Part shown: positions 40,780 to 51,047 of the stretch, in pieces
Layout of the letters: each line of letters opens with the position of its first letter
Position numbering within the stretch: position 1 is the first letter of the stretch
DNA from: an uncultured delta proteobacterium
Lineage (GTDB): Bacteria; Desulfobacterota; Binatia; HRBIN30; BPIQ01
NCBI GenBank assembly: GCA_963761335.1
Contig: CAVXGR010000011.1
Span: forward strand, 384,001-448,000
DNA length: 64,000 nucleotides
Reading direction: 5' to 3'
Program-made: the position numbers and the translations under genes
Notes under the pieces: model-generated
Told to the model about the DNA's origin: nothing
Databases searched by the model: none
Seen by the model: only the letters and a program-made list of their open reading frames with translations

Positions 40780-42624
40780 ATGGGCTTCCTCAATCCCCTG
40801 GCTCTGCTCTTCGGCGGTCTCATCGGCGTGCTCGTCCTCCTCTATCTCTGGGAGCGGCTGCGCCGCCGCGTTGCCGTGCCCTCGCTGCTGCTCTGGCAGG
40901 CGGTCCCGGAGGAGGCGGTGCAACGGCAGCGCTTCCGGCCGGAATGGCTGTTCCTGCTCCAATTGCTGCTTCTCGTCGCCCTGATCCTCGGGCTGGCGCG
41001 CCCCTATACGCTCGGGCGCAGCACCGGCCGCAGCGCCAGCTACACCATCATCATTCTCGACACCTCGGCCAGCATGCAGGCGCGCGAGGGCAAGCAGACG
41101 CGCTTCGAGCAGGCGCGGCAGCAGGCGCAGAAGATCATCCGCGACCTCGCTCCCGGAGACCAGGTGATGCTGATCACCGCCGCCGCCCGACCGCAGATCG
41201 TCTCCGAGTTCACGCCCGATCACCAGCGCCTGCTGAAGCTGCTCGACGGCCTGCAGCCGGTGGACACCGGAACCGAGCTGGCACCCGCCATCGCCCTGGC
41301 CATGCGCGCCCGCGAGCTCGCCCCCGAGCGCACCGACATCGCTCTGCTCAGCGACATGCCGGCCTCCGCCATCGACCCGCAGGAGCGAGCCTTGGTGCAG
41401 CGCTACCCCGTCGGCGAGACCAGCGACAATCTCGCGATCAGCGCCCTGCAGGTCTTCCAGGGGCCGTTCGAGGACGCCTCCGAGGCGAGAGCCTACGTGC
41501 TGGTGCGCAACTTCTCTTACGCCGAGCGTCACGGCGTGCTTTCGGTCAGCGCCGACGATCAGGTGGTCACGCGCACGGGCTTCACCATTCCCGGACGCGG
41601 CGCCCAGTCGTTCATGGCGCGAGACTTCCCGGGACCGGGGCTGCTCACCGCCAGCATCGACGTGCACGACGCTCTCGACGTCGACAATCGCGCCTACGGC
41701 TGGCTGCGACCGCGGCACCGGATCCGCATGCTGCTGGTCTCCCCGGCCTCGCCCCTGATCGGCGAGATCGACCACGTCGCCCGCTCGGTCGCCGGCCTGA
41801 GCCTCGAGCACATTTCCCCGGAGGCCTACCAGCCCGCCGACGCCGCGGCCTTCGACGTGGTGATCTTCCACCGCTTCGCGCCGCCACCACCGGCGGCGGC
41901 GGCGCTCTACATCTTCCCGCCGGCGCGCAACTCTGTCTTTCCGGTGAAGGAGCAGGCCGGGCGCGTCGAGGTCATGGACTGGGACGCCCAGCACCCGATC
42001 CTGCGCGACCTGCGGCCGCTGACCACACGGCCGCTGTCCTCCGCCGAGGTGGTGGAGCCGCCCAACGGCACGGAGACGCTGCTCTGGTCGCGCACCGGCG
42101 CCGGGGATTTCCCTCTGGCATTCGCCGTCAACCGGCCGCAGGGCCGGATCGTCTGTCTGGCCTTCGATCTCGAGGCCGAGCATCTCCTCGGCAACGACAG
42201 CATCGATCTGATGCTGTTCTTCCTCAACACTCTCGACTGGGTATCGCCGCAGAAGCAGCCCGTTCCGGCGGTGGTTTCCACGGGAGGAGCGCACACAGTC
42301 GACGGACTTCCCGACCGCCCGCTCCGCGTCGTCGACCCGCACGGAGTCACCGTGTCGCTGCCGGCCGAATCCCGTCAGGTCGAGACTGACGTCGCCGGGG
42401 TCTATCAGATCCACGCCGACGGCAGCAGCACGACCCTGATCGCCAACCTATTCGATGCGGGCGAGTCCGACATTGGCCGCGCGGCGCGCGACGTGCCGGT
42501 GCCACCGCCTCCTCGGGTCCTGCCGGCCCCTCCCCGCGACAAGAGCGAGATCGGCTGGTGGTTCTACGTGTTGGCCGCGGCGCTGATGGCGAGCGAATGG
42601 CTCGCCTGGAGGCTGTCGCGATGA
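40780..42624 (+). CDS. BatA N-terminal + vWA domain membrane protein
   Basis: MGFLNPLAL...LLYL, VPSLLLW, LARP, ILDTSASM; C-terminal EWLAW. Confidence 0.9.
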   Translation: MGFLNPLALLFGGLIGVLVLLYLWERLRRRVAVPSLLLWQAVPEEAVQRQRFRPEWLFLLQLLLLVALILGLARPYTLGRSTGRSASYTIIILDTSASMQAREGKQTRFEQARQQAQKIIRDLAPGDQVMLITAAARPQIVSEFTPDHQRLLKLLDGLQPVDTGTELAPAIALAMRARELAPERTDIALLSDMPASAIDPQERALVQRYPVGETSDNLAISALQVFQGPFEDASEARAYVLVRNFSYAERHGVLSVSADDQVVTRTGFTIPGRGAQSFMARDFPGPGLLTASIDVHDALDVDNRAYGWLRPRHRIRMLLVSPASPLIGEIDHVARSVAGLSLEHISPEAYQPADAAAFDVVIFHRFAPPPPAAAALYIFPPARNSVFPVKEQAGRVEVMDWDAQHPILRDLRPLTTRPLSSAEVVEPPNGTETLLWSRTGAGDFPLAFAVNRPQGRIVCLAFDLEAEHLLGNDSIDLMLFFLNTLDWVSPQKQPVPAVVSTGGAHTVDGLPDRPLRVVDPHGVTVSLPAESRQVETDVAGVYQIHADGSSTTLIANLFDAGESDIGRAARDVPVPPPPRVLPAPPRDKSEIGWWFYVLAAALMASEWLAWRLSR

Positions 42625-45275
42625 AGGAGGTCGGCCTGTCATATCTGCTCCTGCATCCGTCGCAGATCGGCGTGATGCTGGAGAATCCATTCTTCCTCCT
42701 CCTCATCGCCCTCGGCGCCCTCTTCGTCTGGAGGAGTCGCGGTCGTCTGGAGCGAACGGCCGCGGCCTTCCGCATGGCGGCGCTGTCGTTTCTGGCGCTC
42801 GGCCTCGCCGGGCTGGCGCTGACCACCTCGCTGCCGGCGGAGCGCTCGACCTTGATTGCGGCCGTCGACCTCTCGGAGAGCATCGACGCCCAGGGTCGCG
42901 AGTGGAGCCTGCGCTTTCTCAACGAGGTCGCCCGCGCCCTGCCGCCGGGGGACGAGCTCGGCGTGGTGACCTTCGCCGCCGATCCCCGCGTCGTCCGCGC
43001 TCCGGGACCGCCGCAGGGGCTCGAGGATCTGCCGGCGCCGCCGGCGCGCAGCGCCACCGACATCGGCCGCGGTCTGGAGACCAGCCTGGCGCTGCTGCCG
43101 CCGGGGACCGCACATCGCGTCCTGCTCATCTCCGACGGCAACGAGACGCGCGGCAGCGCGCGCGCCCACCTGGGCCGTGCCCTCGCCGAGAACGCGCCGA
43201 TCTTCACCGTGGCGCCGCCGCACGCCGGCATCGTCGACGTCTCCGTGGACAAGCTGGCCGTGGCTCCGGTCGTGGTCGATGGCGTGGTGTTCCCAGTGCG
43301 CATCGTCGTGCGAAACTCGCACGGCACCCGACCCGGACAGCTCACCTTCTCGGTCGACGGCGAAGTCGTCGGTCGCGAGACGGTGGTGCTGCAGCCCGGC
43401 CTGAATGCGCTGGAGATCCCCTACCGCCTCAGCGGCGAAGGCAGCCATCTGCTGCGCGCCGAGGTCGACTGTCCCGAGGACGGCCTGCCGGGGAACAACT
43501 ACCGCGAGGCCGCGGTCACCGTCACCGGCCACCCGCACGTGCTGCTGCTGACCGCCGCCAGCAACTCGCCGCTGGCGGCGGCGCTGCGTCGAAAGGACAT
43601 CGACGTCGAGGTGCGCTCGCCGGCGGCGATTCCCGACGCCGAGGGCCTGCTCGCCTACCACTGCGTGGTGGCGGAGAACATCGACTCGGCAGACCTTCCG
43701 CAATCGGCGCCGGCGGCGCTGGAGCGCTATGTGCGCGATTTCGGCGGCGGCCTGGTGCTCGCCGGCGGGCAGCGGACCTTCGGCGACCGGGGACTGCGCG
43801 ACACACCGCTGGCGCGCGCCCTGCCGGTGACTCTCGAGCCGCAGCGCCAGCCGCCGCGCGAGCGCGACCCGCTGGCCCTCATGGTGCTGATCGACCGCTC
43901 CAACAGCATGGGATACGCGACCCGCGCCCGCGAGGATCAGGCGGTGCCGCAGCGCGACCCGAACGAGTCGAAGCTGCACTACGCCAAGGTGGCCGCTCTC
44001 ACCGTCATTCGCCAGCTCAAGGACCACGACTACGTCGGTGTCATCGCCTTCGACTCGCAGCCATTCCCGATCACGCCGCTGGAGCCTCTGGCGAAGGGCC
44101 GACAACGCCTCGAGGAGCTCATCCCGCTGCTGGTGGAGAGCGGCGGCACCGATTTCTACGACGCCCTCGATTCGGCGCGCCAGCAGCTCACCGATTCGCC
44201 GGTGGCCCGGCGACACGTGATCCTGCTCACCGACGGCGACACCAATCGCAACCCGGCCGATCACTACCCGCTCATCTCGGCGCTGGCGGCGGCGGGAATC
44301 AGCGTCACCACCATCCGCATCGGCGAAGACGTGGTCAACGTATCGCTGCTCAACGACATCTCCAGCCGCACCGGCGGCAACTTCTATCACGTCGAGGACG
44401 TCGAGAGCCTGCCCCGGCTGATGCTGCGCGACACCACCGCAGCGCTCGCGCAGACGGTGAGCGGCGAGCCGGAGATCCGGGCGCGCGCCGGCACGCCGAG
44501 CCAGATCCTGAGCGGGCTCGGACGCGACTTTCCGCCGCTCACCGGCTATGCGTTCTCGCGGGCAAAGCCGCGCGCCGACGTTCCCATCTACGTTGCCGGG
44601 CGCGCCGATCGCGAGCCGATCCTCGCCGCCTGGCAGTACGGGCTCGGCCGCGTCGCCGCATACACCGCCAATCCGGCGAGCGACGCGGAACGCTGGGTGG
44701 GCTGGGACGGCTATGGCAAGCTCTGGTCGCAGGTGGTGCGCTGGGCGATGCGCGAGCAGACGCCCTGGCAGTTCGTCTTCGAGGCGCACCGGCGGGAAGG
44801 CAAGACCAAGCTGTCGGTACGCTCCTTCGATCCGGACGGCGGCGGCGTGCTCTTTGCCCGCGTGCATGTGTCGGAGGAGGACAGCATCGACCTGACCCTG
44901 GCGCCGGTGGGGCCCGAGCGCTTCGAGGCGGAGCTGCCCGATCTCCCCGGCGGCCGCTATCCGGTCACCGTTCTCCGCCGCCGCGACACCGAGGAGCTGA
45001 TCCAGCGCACCGAGATGGTCTCGATTCCCGACACCGACGAGGCCCCGCAGGAGGAGTTTCGCACGACGCAGCCGAACACCGCCCTGCTGCGGCAGCTGGC
45101 GGCGCAGAGCGGCGGCAAGTTCGATCCCAGCACCAGGGATCTGGTCAGCCGCGGCAGCGGCACGCGCCAGCTGACCTACCGCCTGGATTTCATCCTCATC
45201 CCGCTGGCGATGGGCTGCTTCCTGGTCGACGTCGCCATCCGCCGCCTCGGCCTGGTGGGCACGGGGGGAGCGTAG
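42621..45275 (+). CDS. Double vWA / GATase1-like membrane protein
   Basis: AVDLSES, LISDGNET, GGGLVLAGG, LIDRSNSM, LLTDG, WQYGLGRVAAYT. Confidence 0.88.
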   Translation: MKEVGLSYLLLHPSQIGVMLENPFFLLLIALGALFVWRSRGRLERTAAAFRMAALSFLALGLAGLALTTSLPAERSTLIAAVDLSESIDAQGREWSLRFLNEVARALPPGDELGVVTFAADPRVVRAPGPPQGLEDLPAPPARSATDIGRGLETSLALLPPGTAHRVLLISDGNETRGSARAHLGRALAENAPIFTVAPPHAGIVDVSVDKLAVAPVVVDGVVFPVRIVVRNSHGTRPGQLTFSVDGEVVGRETVVLQPGLNALEIPYRLSGEGSHLLRAEVDCPEDGLPGNNYREAAVTVTGHPHVLLLTAASNSPLAAALRRKDIDVEVRSPAAIPDAEGLLAYHCVVAENIDSADLPQSAPAALERYVRDFGGGLVLAGGQRTFGDRGLRDTPLARALPVTLEPQRQPPRERDPLALMVLIDRSNSMGYATRAREDQAVPQRDPNESKLHYAKVAALTVIRQLKDHDYVGVIAFDSQPFPITPLEPLAKGRQRLEELIPLLVESGGTDFYDALDSARQQLTDSPVARRHVILLTDGDTNRNPADHYPLISALAAAGISVTTIRIGEDVVNVSLLNDISSRTGGNFYHVEDVESLPRLMLRDTTAALAQTVSGEPEIRARAGTPSQILSGLGRDFPPLTGYAFSRAKPRADVPIYVAGRADREPILAAWQYGLGRVAAYTANPASDAERWVGWDGYGKLWSQVVRWAMREQTPWQFVFEAHRREGKTKLSVRSFDPDGGGVLFARVHVSEEDSIDLTLAPVGPERFEAELPDLPGGRYPVTVLRRRDTEELIQRTEMVSIPDTDEAPQEEFRTTQPNTALLRQLAAQSGGKFDPSTRDLVSRGSGTRQLTYRLDFILIPLAMGCFLVDVAIRRLGLVGTGGA

Positions 45276-45288
45276 TCGTGGAGGAAGA

Positions 45289-46284
45289 ATGAAGATCGTC
45301 GCCTTCTTTCATCTCAACGAGGTCAAGTGGGCGCTCGCCGATGCCGACCGCCGGCGCCTCGAGGAGCGCTTTCCCGGCGCGCGGGTGATCTCCGTGGAGG
45401 ACAGCGCCGATCTGCGGCGCCAGCTCGCCGACGCCGACGTCTTCCTCGGCTGGGTGTTGCCGCAACGGCACTTCGCCGCCGCCAAGCGGCTGCGCTGGAT
45501 GCAGTCGGCCTCCGCGGGAATCGAGGCGAACCTGTATCCGGCGATGCTGGAGAGCGACGTCCTGCTCACCAGCGCCGCGGGAATCCATACGATCTCCATC
45601 CCCGAGCACGTCATCGGCCAGATGGCGATCCTGGCGCGCAACTTCCACCAGGCGCTGCGGCAGCAGGCGAAGGCGGAGTGGAATCGCTTCGGCGTCATCA
45701 GCTTCGCCGGCGGGGTGCGCGAGCTGCACGGCAGCGCTCTGGCGATTCTCGGCGCCGGACCGATCGGCGGCTCGCTCGCCGCGCTCGCCGCCGGCCTCGG
45801 CATGCGCGTGCGGGTGCTGCGCCGCAACCCCTCGCAGCCGGTGGCCGGCGCCGAGGCGGTGCTCGGCCCCGGCGACCTGCACGAGCTTCTCGGCTGGGCA
45901 GACTGGGTAGTCTGCGCCCTGCCGCTCACCGCAGAGACCACCGACCTGATCGACGCAGCGGCGATCGCGGCGATGCGTTCCGATGCCTTTCTGATCAACA
46001 TCGGGCGCGGCGAGACAGTCGACGAGGAGGCGCTGCTCGAGGCGCTGCGCCGCGGCGGGATTGCCGGCGCCGCTCTCGACGTCTTCCGGGAGGAGCCGCT
46101 GCCGCCCGGTCACCCCTTCTGGTCGCTGCCCAACCTGGTGATCACGCCGCACATCTCCGGCTACACGCCCAAGTACATGCAGGCGGTCCTGGCCCTGTTC
46201 GAGGACAACCTCGCCCGCTTCCTCGCCGGAAGGCCGCTGCGCAACCTGGTCGACAAGCGACTGGGCTACGCGCCGGGGAGCTGA
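45289..46284 (+). CDS. D-2-hydroxyacid dehydrogenase family
   Basis: GAGPIG, LPLTAET, INIGRG, LDVFREEPLP, ITPHISG. Confidence 0.95.
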   Translation: MKIVAFFHLNEVKWALADADRRRLEERFPGARVISVEDSADLRRQLADADVFLGWVLPQRHFAAAKRLRWMQSASAGIEANLYPAMLESDVLLTSAAGIHTISIPEHVIGQMAILARNFHQALRQQAKAEWNRFGVISFAGGVRELHGSALAILGAGPIGGSLAALAAGLGMRVRVLRRNPSQPVAGAEAVLGPGDLHELLGWADWVVCALPLTAETTDLIDAAAIAAMRSDAFLINIGRGETVDEEALLEALRRGGIAGAALDVFREEPLPPGHPFWSLPNLVITPHISGYTPKYMQAVLALFEDNLARFLAGRPLRNLVDKRLGYAPGS

Positions 46285-46301
46285 GGAGGGGGGAGGCCGT
46301 C

Positions 46302-46446
46302 CCGGGGGTTGAAGAGGCGGTCTCGAAGCCCCGGCAAGACGACTCCCGCCGGCTCGCGGGCCGAGTAGAAGCGGCGTCTCGCCGCTTCGGAAAGCGCCGG
46401 GACGGCGCTTCTACTTTGGCTTTGAGACATCCTCTTCAATCCCCGG
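46302..46446. mobile_element. Full-length composite family A element: ~29-bp TIRs around REP doublet copy 6 (46365-46414)
   Basis: CCGGGGGTTGAAGAGGCGGTCTCGAAGCC ... GGCTTTGAGACATCCTCTTCAATCCCCGG. Confidence 0.75.
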
Positions 46447-46471
46447 CGAGGTGGCGCCGCCAGGCGCGATT

Positions 46472-47380
46472 TCACACCCGCTCTGCCACCCGCAGCTTGG
46501 CGCTGGCGGAGCGCGGGTTGGCGCGGATCTCGTCGTCGCTGGGGCGCAGCGGGCGCTTGGTGAGAATCTTCAGGCGCCCGACGCGCTGCTGCTCGAGGAA
46601 GAAGCGCTTGACGATGCGGTCCTCGAGCGAATGGAAGGAGATCACCGCGATCCGGCCGCTGGGCGCGAGGAGCTCGACAGCCTGCGGCAGCGCCGCCGAG
46701 ATGGTGTCGATCTCGTCGTTGACGGCGATGCGCAGCGCCTGAAAGATTCGCGCGGCGCTGCGGCCGGCGCGGCCGCGCTCCTTTCCGGGAAGCACCTGGG
46801 TGACGATCTCGACGAGCTGGGCCGTGGTTGCCAACGGCTCCCGCTGCCGGTGAGCCACGACGCTGCGGGCGACGCGCGAGGCAAAGCGCTCCTCGCCGTA
46901 GTCGCGAAACAGCTCGGTCAGCTCCGCCGCCGAGCGCCTCGCCAGGATGTCGGCCGCCGTCGGGCGAGTGGCATCGGCGGGGTCGAAACGCAAATCGAGC
47001 GGCTCGTCGCCGCGGATGCTGAAGCCGCGGCCGCTGTGGTCGAGGTGATGGGAGCTCAGGCCGAGGTCGAAGAGGATCGCCTGCACTCCGGCAAAACCGA
47101 ACCGCGCCGCGATCTCCCCGAGGTCGCCGAAGCTGCCCGTCGCCACCCGCAGGCGGCCGCAGCGCGCCGCTTCGGCGAGGCGCTCCTGCACCGCCGCGGC
47201 CATGTCGGGATCGCGGTCGATGCCGAGGAGAGAGCCCGTCGGGCCGATGTGCTCGAGGAGCACCGCGGCATGACCGCCGCCGTCGATGGTGGCATCGATC
47301 ACCCGGCCGCCGCGCGGAACGTCGAGGAGACCCATCACCTCGGCGAGCATCACCGGAACGTGCACGGGCGCTTCAGTCAT
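46472..47380 (-). CDS. rsmH: 16S rRNA m4C1402 methyltransferase
   Basis: HVPVML, DATIDGGGHA, DLGLSS, PLDLR, FQALRIAVN, ISFHSLEDR, NPRSASAKLR. Confidence 0.95.
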   Translation of the reverse strand: MTEAPVHVPVMLAEVMGLLDVPRGGRVIDATIDGGGHAAVLLEHIGPTGSLLGIDRDPDMAAAVQERLAEAARCGRLRVATGSFGDLGEIAARFGFAGVQAILFDLGLSSHHLDHSGRGFSIRGDEPLDLRFDPADATRPTAADILARRSAAELTELFRDYGEERFASRVARSVVAHRQREPLATTAQLVEIVTQVLPGKERGRAGRSAARIFQALRIAVNDEIDTISAALPQAVELLAPSGRIAVISFHSLEDRIVKRFFLEQQRVGRLKILTKRPLRPSDDEIRANPRSASAKLRVAERV

Positions 47381-47489
47381 GCGCTCCGGCAGCGGGTTGG
47401 CGCGTTGGCGAGTTTTCTGGTTGGCGGGTTCCTCCCATAGGACGGTTGGATAGCCGCAAATGAACGCGGATGCACGCCGGCGGCGTAAA

Positions 47490-47539
47490 GGAGAAGCGCC
47501 GTCCCGGCGCTTCCCGAAGCGGCGAGACGCCGCTTCTAC
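47490..47539. repeat. REP doublet family A, copy 7
   Basis: GGAGAAGCGCCGTCCCGGCGCTTCCCGAAGCGGCGAGACGCCGCTTCTAC. Confidence 0.88.
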
Positions 47540-47749
47540 CTGGCCCGCGCGCCGGCGAATTGGCTTGCCCACGAAACCCGCAGGCCGAGCCCCAATTTCG
47601 CCCCTTTCACGCCGCTGTCATCGGCGCGTCATCGAGCCGCAACACGAGAGGAATAGAGTGCCCTTTTGCTCGCCCACTCGCTCTTATCGGCCGTGGCGAT
47701 GTGCTACATTCGCGGCCGTGGGGATGGCAGAGGTGGGGTGAGCCCAGGT

Positions 47750-49288
47750 ATGCGCATTGCGGCAATCGACGTAGGCAGCAACTCCATTCACATGGTCGTT
47801 GCGCAAGTGGAATCCGACGGTCGGTTTCACGTCCTCGATCGGGCCAAGGAGATGGTGCGCCTGGGACAGCAGAGCCTCAACAAGGGCCGTCTCTCCCCGG
47901 ACGCCATCGACGCCGGCACGCGCACCCTGGCGGCATTTCGCACGCTCGCCGAACGGCAGGGCGCCGTGCGCTTCAAGGCCGTGGCCACCAGCGCCGTGCG
48001 CGAGGCGGCCAACGGCGGCGACTTCATCCGCAACGTGGAGCGCAAGATCGGCCTTCGAATCCGCGTCATCCCCGGACGGGAAGAGGCACGGCTCGTCTAT
48101 CTCGGCGTGCGCCACGCCATCGATCTGCGCGGCGGCCCGTCCCTGATCGTCGATGCCGGCGGCGGCAGCGTCGAGCTGGTGCTGACCGAGGACGGGCGCG
48201 CCGTATCGCTGCACAGCGCCAAGCTCGGCGTCTCCCGGCTGAGCGAGAAGTATCTGATCTCGGATCCGCCGAGCTCCAAGGAGCTGGCCCGATTGGAAAG
48301 CCGGCTGGCGGAAGAGCTCGACCCCGTCTTCAGCGAGATCGGCTCGCGCCCTATCCGCAGGGTGATCGCCACCTCGGGAACTCTGCTCAACCTGATCTCC
48401 ATCGCCGGACATCTGCGCGGTGAGCCTCCCAACGGGCACCTCAACGACTTCCGGGTCACCCCGGAGGAGATCAGCCGCTTGCGCCGGCTACTGGCGAAAT
48501 CGACGCGCGCCGAGAGACTGCGCGTCAAGGGACTGGACGGCAAGCGCATCGACTTCATCGTCGCCGGCGCCTGCCTCGCCGACTACGTGCTGCGCCGTCT
48601 GCAGGCCAAGGAGATGGTCGCCTGCACCTGGGCACTGCGCGAGGGCGTCCTCCTCGACTTCATTTCCCGCCATCGCAAGGGCATCGAGGAGATCGAGCGC
48701 TTCGGCGACCTGCGCCAGCGCAGCATCGTCCGCCTGGCCCGCCACCTGGGGCACGACGACAAGCACGGCCAGCACGTGGCGGAGCTGTCGCTGCGCCTCT
48801 TCGATCAGCTGAAAGAAGAGCTTCAGCTCAAAAAGCCGGCCCGCCAGTGGCTCGAGTTCGCCGCCCGCCTGCACGACATCGGCCACCACATCGATCACAA
48901 GAACCACCACCGCCACTCGTACTACCTGATCACCAACGCCGAGCTGCTCGGCTTTCGCCGGCCCGAGCTGGAGATCATCGGTCTCATCGCCCGCTATCAC
49001 CGCAAGGGCGCTCCCAAGGATTCGGACCCGGAGTTCGGCGTCCTCGGAAATCGCGACCGCCAGGTGATCCGCGCTGCCAGCGGCATTCTTCGCCTGGCGG
49101 ACGGCCTCGACCGCAGCCGTTACGGCGTCGTGCGCGACGTCACCGTCGCCCGGCGCGGCGATCGCCTCATCCTGCAGCTCCACACCGAGGGGGAGGACGC
49201 CGCCCTGGAGATCTGGGAGGCACGGCGGCGCGCCGGCCTCCTGGAGCAGACCCTCGGCCGCGAGATCGACTTTCAGATCGTCCCCTGA
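47750..49288 (+). CDS. ppx: Ppx/GppA exopolyphosphatase with HD domain
   Basis: AAIDVGSNS, ATSAVREA, EEAR, DAGGGSVE, ALREG, LHDIG. Confidence 0.95.
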   Translation: MRIAAIDVGSNSIHMVVAQVESDGRFHVLDRAKEMVRLGQQSLNKGRLSPDAIDAGTRTLAAFRTLAERQGAVRFKAVATSAVREAANGGDFIRNVERKIGLRIRVIPGREEARLVYLGVRHAIDLRGGPSLIVDAGGGSVELVLTEDGRAVSLHSAKLGVSRLSEKYLISDPPSSKELARLESRLAEELDPVFSEIGSRPIRRVIATSGTLLNLISIAGHLRGEPPNGHLNDFRVTPEEISRLRRLLAKSTRAERLRVKGLDGKRIDFIVAGACLADYVLRRLQAKEMVACTWALREGVLLDFISRHRKGIEEIERFGDLRQRSIVRLARHLGHDDKHGQHVAELSLRLFDQLKEELQLKKPARQWLEFAARLHDIGHHIDHKNHHRHSYYLITNAELLGFRRPELEIIGLIARYHRKGAPKDSDPEFGVLGNRDRQVIRAASGILRLADGLDRSRYGVVRDVTVARRGDRLILQLHTEGEDAALEIWEARRRAGLLEQTLGREIDFQIVP

Positions 49289-49303
49289 TCCGCCGGTGAT
49301 GCG

Positions 49304-51001
49304 ATGGAACACGAGGAGGAGGCGGCCAAGGACCGCCAGCGGGCAGCGACTGCCGAATCGCCCCCGCCGAGCGGCGGCGGGGAAGAGGGCGGCATCCCCA
49401 ACGAGATCGAGGCCAAGCTGCTGGTTCCGCGCGACCGCGACATGCGCGCCATCGCCCGGCTGCGCCAGCTCGGCCCCTGGAAAGTGCAGCCGCTCGACAC
49501 CGCCAACCTGCACACCGTTTACCTCGACACTCCCGAGCTGACCCTGGCGCACAATGGTGTGGCGCTGCGCCTGCGACGGAAGCGGCGGCGGTGGGAGATG
49601 ACGGCAAAATGGTCGGGGATCGTCGCCGGCGTGACCCATGCGCGCCCGGAGCTGACCGTGCCTCTGGAGGGAGCTCCGCAGACGCCGCTGCAGGTTCCCT
49701 CGGGTCCGCTGGCGACACAGCTCGCGGCGCTGGTCGCCGGGCGCCCGCTGCGTCCGATCGTCATCAGCGATGTGCGCCGGCGGCTCGCGCACCTGGTGCG
49801 CGAGACCGACAAGGAGAATGCAGGGCCGGTCGCCGAGCTGGCTCTGGACCGCGTGCGCCTGCGCGCCGCCGACCGACCGGAGGTGGAGCGAACCTACTTC
49901 GAGGTCGAGATCGAGCTCATGCAGGGCAGCCGCGAGGAGCTGGAAGAGGCCGCCGCCCTCCTGCAGCGCGATTTCGGCCTGCGCCCGTCCGCCGACTCGA
50001 AGTTTGCCCGCGGCCTCCAGCTGGCGGTCGGCAGAGACTTCTCGACGGAGCCGGTGCCGGTGCTTCCCGCCGACACCGTCGAGCAGACCCTGCGCAAGAC
50101 CATGGCGCTGCACCTGCGGCGCCTGCGGCAAAACGATCCCGGCACTCGCAGCGGCAGAGACGTGGAGGCGGTCCACGACATGCGGGTCTCCTGCCGGCGG
50201 CTGCGGGCGGTGGTGCGCGCCCTTCCTGGCGCGCCTCCTCGTCAGGCCGAACATTTCGAGAGCGAGCTGCGCTGGCTCGGACAGACGCTGGGGGCCGTGC
50301 GCGACATGGACGTGCAGATCGCGCTGGTAGAGCGCTACTGCGCCTCCGTCCCCGAGGATCAACGCCTCGGGCTCGGCGGCTTCCGCGCCCATCTGGACGG
50401 CGAACGCCAGCAGCGTCGCGCCGTGATCCTGCGGGCGCTCGACTCGAAACGATACTTTCGCCTGCTCATCCAGCTGGAGCGCTTCTCGCTGGCGACTCCT
50501 CGCCATCCCTCGCGCCGCCCGGAGGTGCGGGAACCGATCGCCCGGGCGGGAGGCGCGGCGATCGAACGCGCTTTTCGGCGGCTCTACAAGCGCGGCCAGA
50601 AGATCGGCAGCGCCCCTCGCCCCGAAGACCTGCACGAGCTGCGCATGCGCGCCAAGCGCCTCCGCTATATTCTCGAGTTCCTGCGCGATATCACCGGCAA
50701 GCCGGGCCGCCGGCTGGTTCGCCAGCTGATCTCTCTGCAGGACCTGCTGGGGGCCCACCAGGATTCAGTGGTCTCCGCCGAGGTCGTCTACCAGTACGTC
50801 AGCACCCGCGGCGACGAGCTGAAGCCGGGGCCCCTGCTGGCCCTCGGCAACTTCATGGGCTCACAGCGGCAGCTCGCCGAGGAGGCCCGCGCCCGTTTTC
50901 ACCGAGAGTGGAGACGCTTCTCGCGCAAGCGCACCCGCCGCATTCTGCGCCGCCTCCTCGAGCGTCTCGACGGCCAGCTCGAAGCCCCACCGCCCGCATA
51001 G
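49304..51001 (+). CDS. CYTH + CHAD domain protein
   Basis: EIEAK, YLDT, EVEIEL; CHAD motifs VHDMRVSCRRLR, LHELRMRAKRLRY, LQDLLG. Confidence 0.92.
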   Translation: MEHEEEAAKDRQRAATAESPPPSGGGEEGGIPNEIEAKLLVPRDRDMRAIARLRQLGPWKVQPLDTANLHTVYLDTPELTLAHNGVALRLRRKRRRWEMTAKWSGIVAGVTHARPELTVPLEGAPQTPLQVPSGPLATQLAALVAGRPLRPIVISDVRRRLAHLVRETDKENAGPVAELALDRVRLRAADRPEVERTYFEVEIELMQGSREELEEAAALLQRDFGLRPSADSKFARGLQLAVGRDFSTEPVPVLPADTVEQTLRKTMALHLRRLRQNDPGTRSGRDVEAVHDMRVSCRRLRAVVRALPGAPPRQAEHFESELRWLGQTLGAVRDMDVQIALVERYCASVPEDQRLGLGGFRAHLDGERQQRRAVILRALDSKRYFRLLIQLERFSLATPRHPSRRPEVREPIARAGGAAIERAFRRLYKRGQKIGSAPRPEDLHELRMRAKRLRYILEFLRDITGKPGRRLVRQLISLQDLLGAHQDSVVSAEVVYQYVSTRGDELKPGPLLALGNFMGSQRQLAEEARARFHREWRRFSRKRTRRILRRLLERLDGQLEAPPPA

Positions 51002-51047
51002 CGGCGGGACGCTTGACCGCGTCGCCACGACTGGCAAACATCCTTCC

